Shown: one piece after another, positions 36,754 to 39,195 of the stretch | Numbering within the stretch: the first letter of the stretch is position 1 | Layout of the letters: each line of letters begins with the position of its first letter | Origin: a virus | Taxonomy: Duplodnaviria > Caudoviricetes | Length of the DNA: 39,195 nt | Strand: one strand, 5' to 3' | Virus record (IMG/VR): IMGVR_UViG_3300032257_000048 | Span: 1-39,195 of that record | Program-made: the position numbers and the translations under genes | The notes under the pieces: model-generated | Database searches by the model: none | What the model saw: only the letters and a program-made list of their open reading frames with translations | What the model was told of the DNA's origin: nothing

Positions 36754-37224
36754 TCAGATAACAATATCTGCTTCTTTAAGTAATGCTTCTAGCACGGCGC
36801 CAGTAATTCTCACGTCTTCACGACAACGGTGGACGTACTCTTCTGTACTAAGACCTTCCCAGTTTTCTATTGTTGGCTTCTTTATACCTAGTTTTTCTCC
36901 CCACTTACCTAGCCCATGAAACCCCCTATCAGGATTAAGCTCTCTTGATAGAACCATAGTGTCAATTATTTGACAAGGTACTGAGTTAATTACGTCAGGT
37001 TGGATGTAATACTCCAGACCAGCCAACTTATTGTAGACAGGAAAATCATAACCGATAACATTATGACCAACAAGAGTGTAACCTGAACTAAGGACTTTAA
37101 TAACACTTTTAAAATCATACATAGTTCTCCAATTATCTGTCCCTAGTTCATTAAAACAAGTGCAATGCATTTTATCAGGATTGAGCCCATTAGCTTCCAT
37201 GTCAAAGACTATGATTTTACTCAC
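36754..37224 (-). CDS. stand-alone 3'-5' proofreading exonuclease domain of DNA polymerase
   Basis: ExoI FDMEANGL, ExoII GHNVIGYD, DTMVLSR, HGLGKWG, ExoIII RCREDV. Confidence 0.92.
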   Translation of the reverse strand: MSKIIVFDMEANGLNPDKMHCTCFNELGTDNWRTMYDFKSVIKVLSSGYTLVGHNVIGYDFPVYNKLAGLEYYIQPDVINSVPCQIIDTMVLSRELNPDRGFHGLGKWGEKLGIKKPTIENWEGLSTEEYVHRCREDVRITGAVLEALLKEADIVI

Positions 37225-37380
37225 TCAGAGTAACCTAAGTACACAAAGTAAGCAAAGAGCCCAGAGAGCCACAAAGTTAATAACCCACCCGCTAACTCAC
37301 CAGTATTAATCATAAAAATAGCACCAGTTGTAAACAAAATAGTTAACATAGTACCAACAAAACACATAGGTCTTAGTATT

Positions 37381-38973
37381 TTATTCATCTAGATACTCCT
37401 CTTTAGGTATTGCCATCATTCTACCTGTGTGTTTATCGAGTGTCAATGTATCACATATACCTGAATTATCCCACTCTCTTGCATACAGAATACTTATTCT
37501 ACTAAACCCCCGTGTCTTATCTTCTTTGATCTCTTTATCTATCCCTATTAAGTTAGAAGTTACTTGCTCAAAAGCCCCAGAGCCCCGCCCATCATCAGGT
37601 TCTATCTCATACCAATAAGGATAACTAATACTTCCATCGGGTTTCTTAGGTTTACCTCTGTTCTTATCTCGTGTGATATGAGCTACTGCAATAACATGTA
37701 TACCTGTCTTTTTAACAAAAGCTGCTATGTTTGTCAAGAGGTTATCTATCTCTTTTCTCTCGTTTGTACCTGTGGAACCAGAGAATACAAAACTTAAGTG
37801 ATCCAGTATAACGAACTCTACACCTCTTGCTGCTTCCCATTCAAGTATCTGCATTAACCTCTCAGGGCCAATATGACCTTTCTTGTCTACTGTAAATCTA
37901 GCATACGTAGGATCAAGTACTTCTTGTACAGTTCTGCGTCTTTGTTCATCTGGTACTATATCAGGGTTCTCTCTGAATAGAGGTAGATGTACATTATTAT
38001 CCATAGCTATAAAGCTTTGTCTAGTCTTAACTATATCTTCTTCTAAATAAATACCTAAAGTCTTCTTCTTCATTAATAACAAATGGTAGTTAATCAACTT
38101 ACATAGGGTAGTCTTACCTGCTTTTGGTGGAGCTAGAATGATTGTTAACTCACGGGGGCGTAACCCTCTAAGCTTGCTCATAAAGATAGGTAAGCCAGGA
38201 ATATACATACCTTTAGGAATTGGTTGTATAAGATCCTCGTACTCACCTCCTCCGTACTCAACAGAGTCTACTTGAAAAGACTTAGCTTGGAACATTAACA
38301 TCTTAGCTAGTTCTTCTGATCTACCTTCTTTTATGTACTCATTAGGATCATTAAGTTCAAGCTCTACGTTCTTCATTTCTTGTATACAGAGAGCTACTTC
38401 CATTACTGCATCACGACCTTTAACAATACCTTTTAGCCTCTCTTCAGGTGTCGCTTCATCATTATCAAATACTGTTATAGGTTCTTGAAATGACTGTACA
38501 AACTCTTGGTTATTAGATACATGCTCTGCTGCATGTTTAGTACCTAGTCCAATAGATACTACATTAGGTACAAAAGGTTTACTAAGTCCTTGATTGTAGT
38601 CAGAAAAATATAATGCTTGCCATGCTGATAAGTAATCGTATTGGCCTTCGGCTATGAATAACTTCTTACCTTTCTGGCACACATCTTGCCCTACTAGATC
38701 GCATCCTGTATCTACATCACCTACTGTACTGAAAGCTTTCTTTTTTGGTTGCGTTAGATCTCTTTTCAAGAACCCACTAATCTTACCCTTCTTAGTAACA
38801 GGGAAGTAATGTGCTATAACAGTACCTTCTACTTCACTGAACTCTGATCTGATACCAAAATGTTCACATGTTTCTAACTTAATACCTCTATCAGGTATAG
38901 CTTTAATTGGGTACTTTTGTACTGTTTGTATTGTTTGCATACTCTTCTGTACCTCACCTTTGAAGTGGCTCAT
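37381..38973 (-). CDS. T7 gp4-like primase-helicase lacking N-terminal zinc-binding domain
   Basis: DRGI, TOPRIM EGQYD and FDND, Walker A APPKAGKT, ILDHL, RGSGAFEQ. Confidence 0.93.
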   Translation of the reverse strand: MSHFKGEVQKSMQTIQTVQKYPIKAIPDRGIKLETCEHFGIRSEFSEVEGTVIAHYFPVTKKGKISGFLKRDLTQPKKKAFSTVGDVDTGCDLVGQDVCQKGKKLFIAEGQYDYLSAWQALYFSDYNQGLSKPFVPNVVSIGLGTKHAAEHVSNNQEFVQSFQEPITVFDNDEATPEERLKGIVKGRDAVMEVALCIQEMKNVELELNDPNEYIKEGRSEELAKMLMFQAKSFQVDSVEYGGGEYEDLIQPIPKGMYIPGLPIFMSKLRGLRPRELTIILAPPKAGKTTLCKLINYHLLLMKKKTLGIYLEEDIVKTRQSFIAMDNNVHLPLFRENPDIVPDEQRRRTVQEVLDPTYARFTVDKKGHIGPERLMQILEWEAARGVEFVILDHLSFVFSGSTGTNERKEIDNLLTNIAAFVKKTGIHVIAVAHITRDKNRGKPKKPDGSISYPYWYEIEPDDGRGSGAFEQVTSNLIGIDKEIKEDKTRGFSRISILYAREWDNSGICDTLTLDKHTGRMMAIPKEEYLDE

Positions 38974-39023
38974 TTTAACCTCTTTTTATTCTCTTGACAA
39001 CCTGGACATGCTTCTCTTTTCAT
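38970..39023 (-). other. 17-codon ORF MKREACPGCQENKKRLK, possible remnant of primase zinc finger
   Basis: AAGAGG RBS; CPxC; ATGA overlap with primase start. Confidence 0.5.
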
Positions 39024-39139
39024 TTGAACCTCTTAGCCTGCTATGGTTGGCCTAAACTTAAGCCCATATTTTTGAGAGCTTCGTCAAAACTTGCTTGGTT
39101 TGCTGCGCTATCATATGAGTAAATCAAATCACTTAAATG

Positions 39140-39195
39140 TGACCCGTTGTCTTCATTTAATAGCTTGTTCATGGCGGTTTCAAATTCATCAACTT
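39140..39195. repeat. 56-nt terminal direct repeat, right copy
   Basis: identical to 1-56. Confidence 0.97.

Noticed and set aside
6604-38973. Alternative genetic code
   Set aside because: All core genes are full length under the standard code

Overview
This window is an apparently complete, circularly permuted ~39.1 kb genome of a lytic podovirus-like dsDNA phage of a Gram-negative host. The first 56 nt are repeated at 39140-39195 and an ORF reads straight across the junction. There are two oppositely transcribed arms. The + arm (6604-26726) carries small and large terminase, P22-like portal, scaffold, major capsid, tail tubular A/B, a short fibre, three ejection proteins, an M15-type endolysin, holins and overlapping spanins. 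The - arm (26867-39139 continuing through 1-5941) carries a T7-like primase-helicase, a family A DNA polymerase split into separate exonuclease and polymerase genes with an RNA-ligase-like gene between them, SSB, 5'-3' exonuclease, endonuclease VII, an HNH, a metallophosphoesterase, DUF3310 and many tiny early ORFs. I saw no RNA polymerase, integrase or repressor; the layout resembles Zobellviridae-type podoviruses (inference). The strongest unexplained signals are: (i) a non-coding hub between the arms with a perfect 7-1-7 Fur box directly beside three perfect, helically phased DnaA boxes; (ii) a 96-nt tRNA-like RNA with perfect acceptor and T arms but an aberrant core; (iii) the split polymerase with an unusual O-helix; (iv) a primase whose zinc-binding domain survives only as a 17-codon upstream ORF; (v) a predicted polysaccharide-deacetylase-like cassette after the portal; (vi) a structured convergence region leading into an antisense 23-aa hydrophobic peptide. 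All protein calls are by-eye motif recognition plus synteny; no searches were run.
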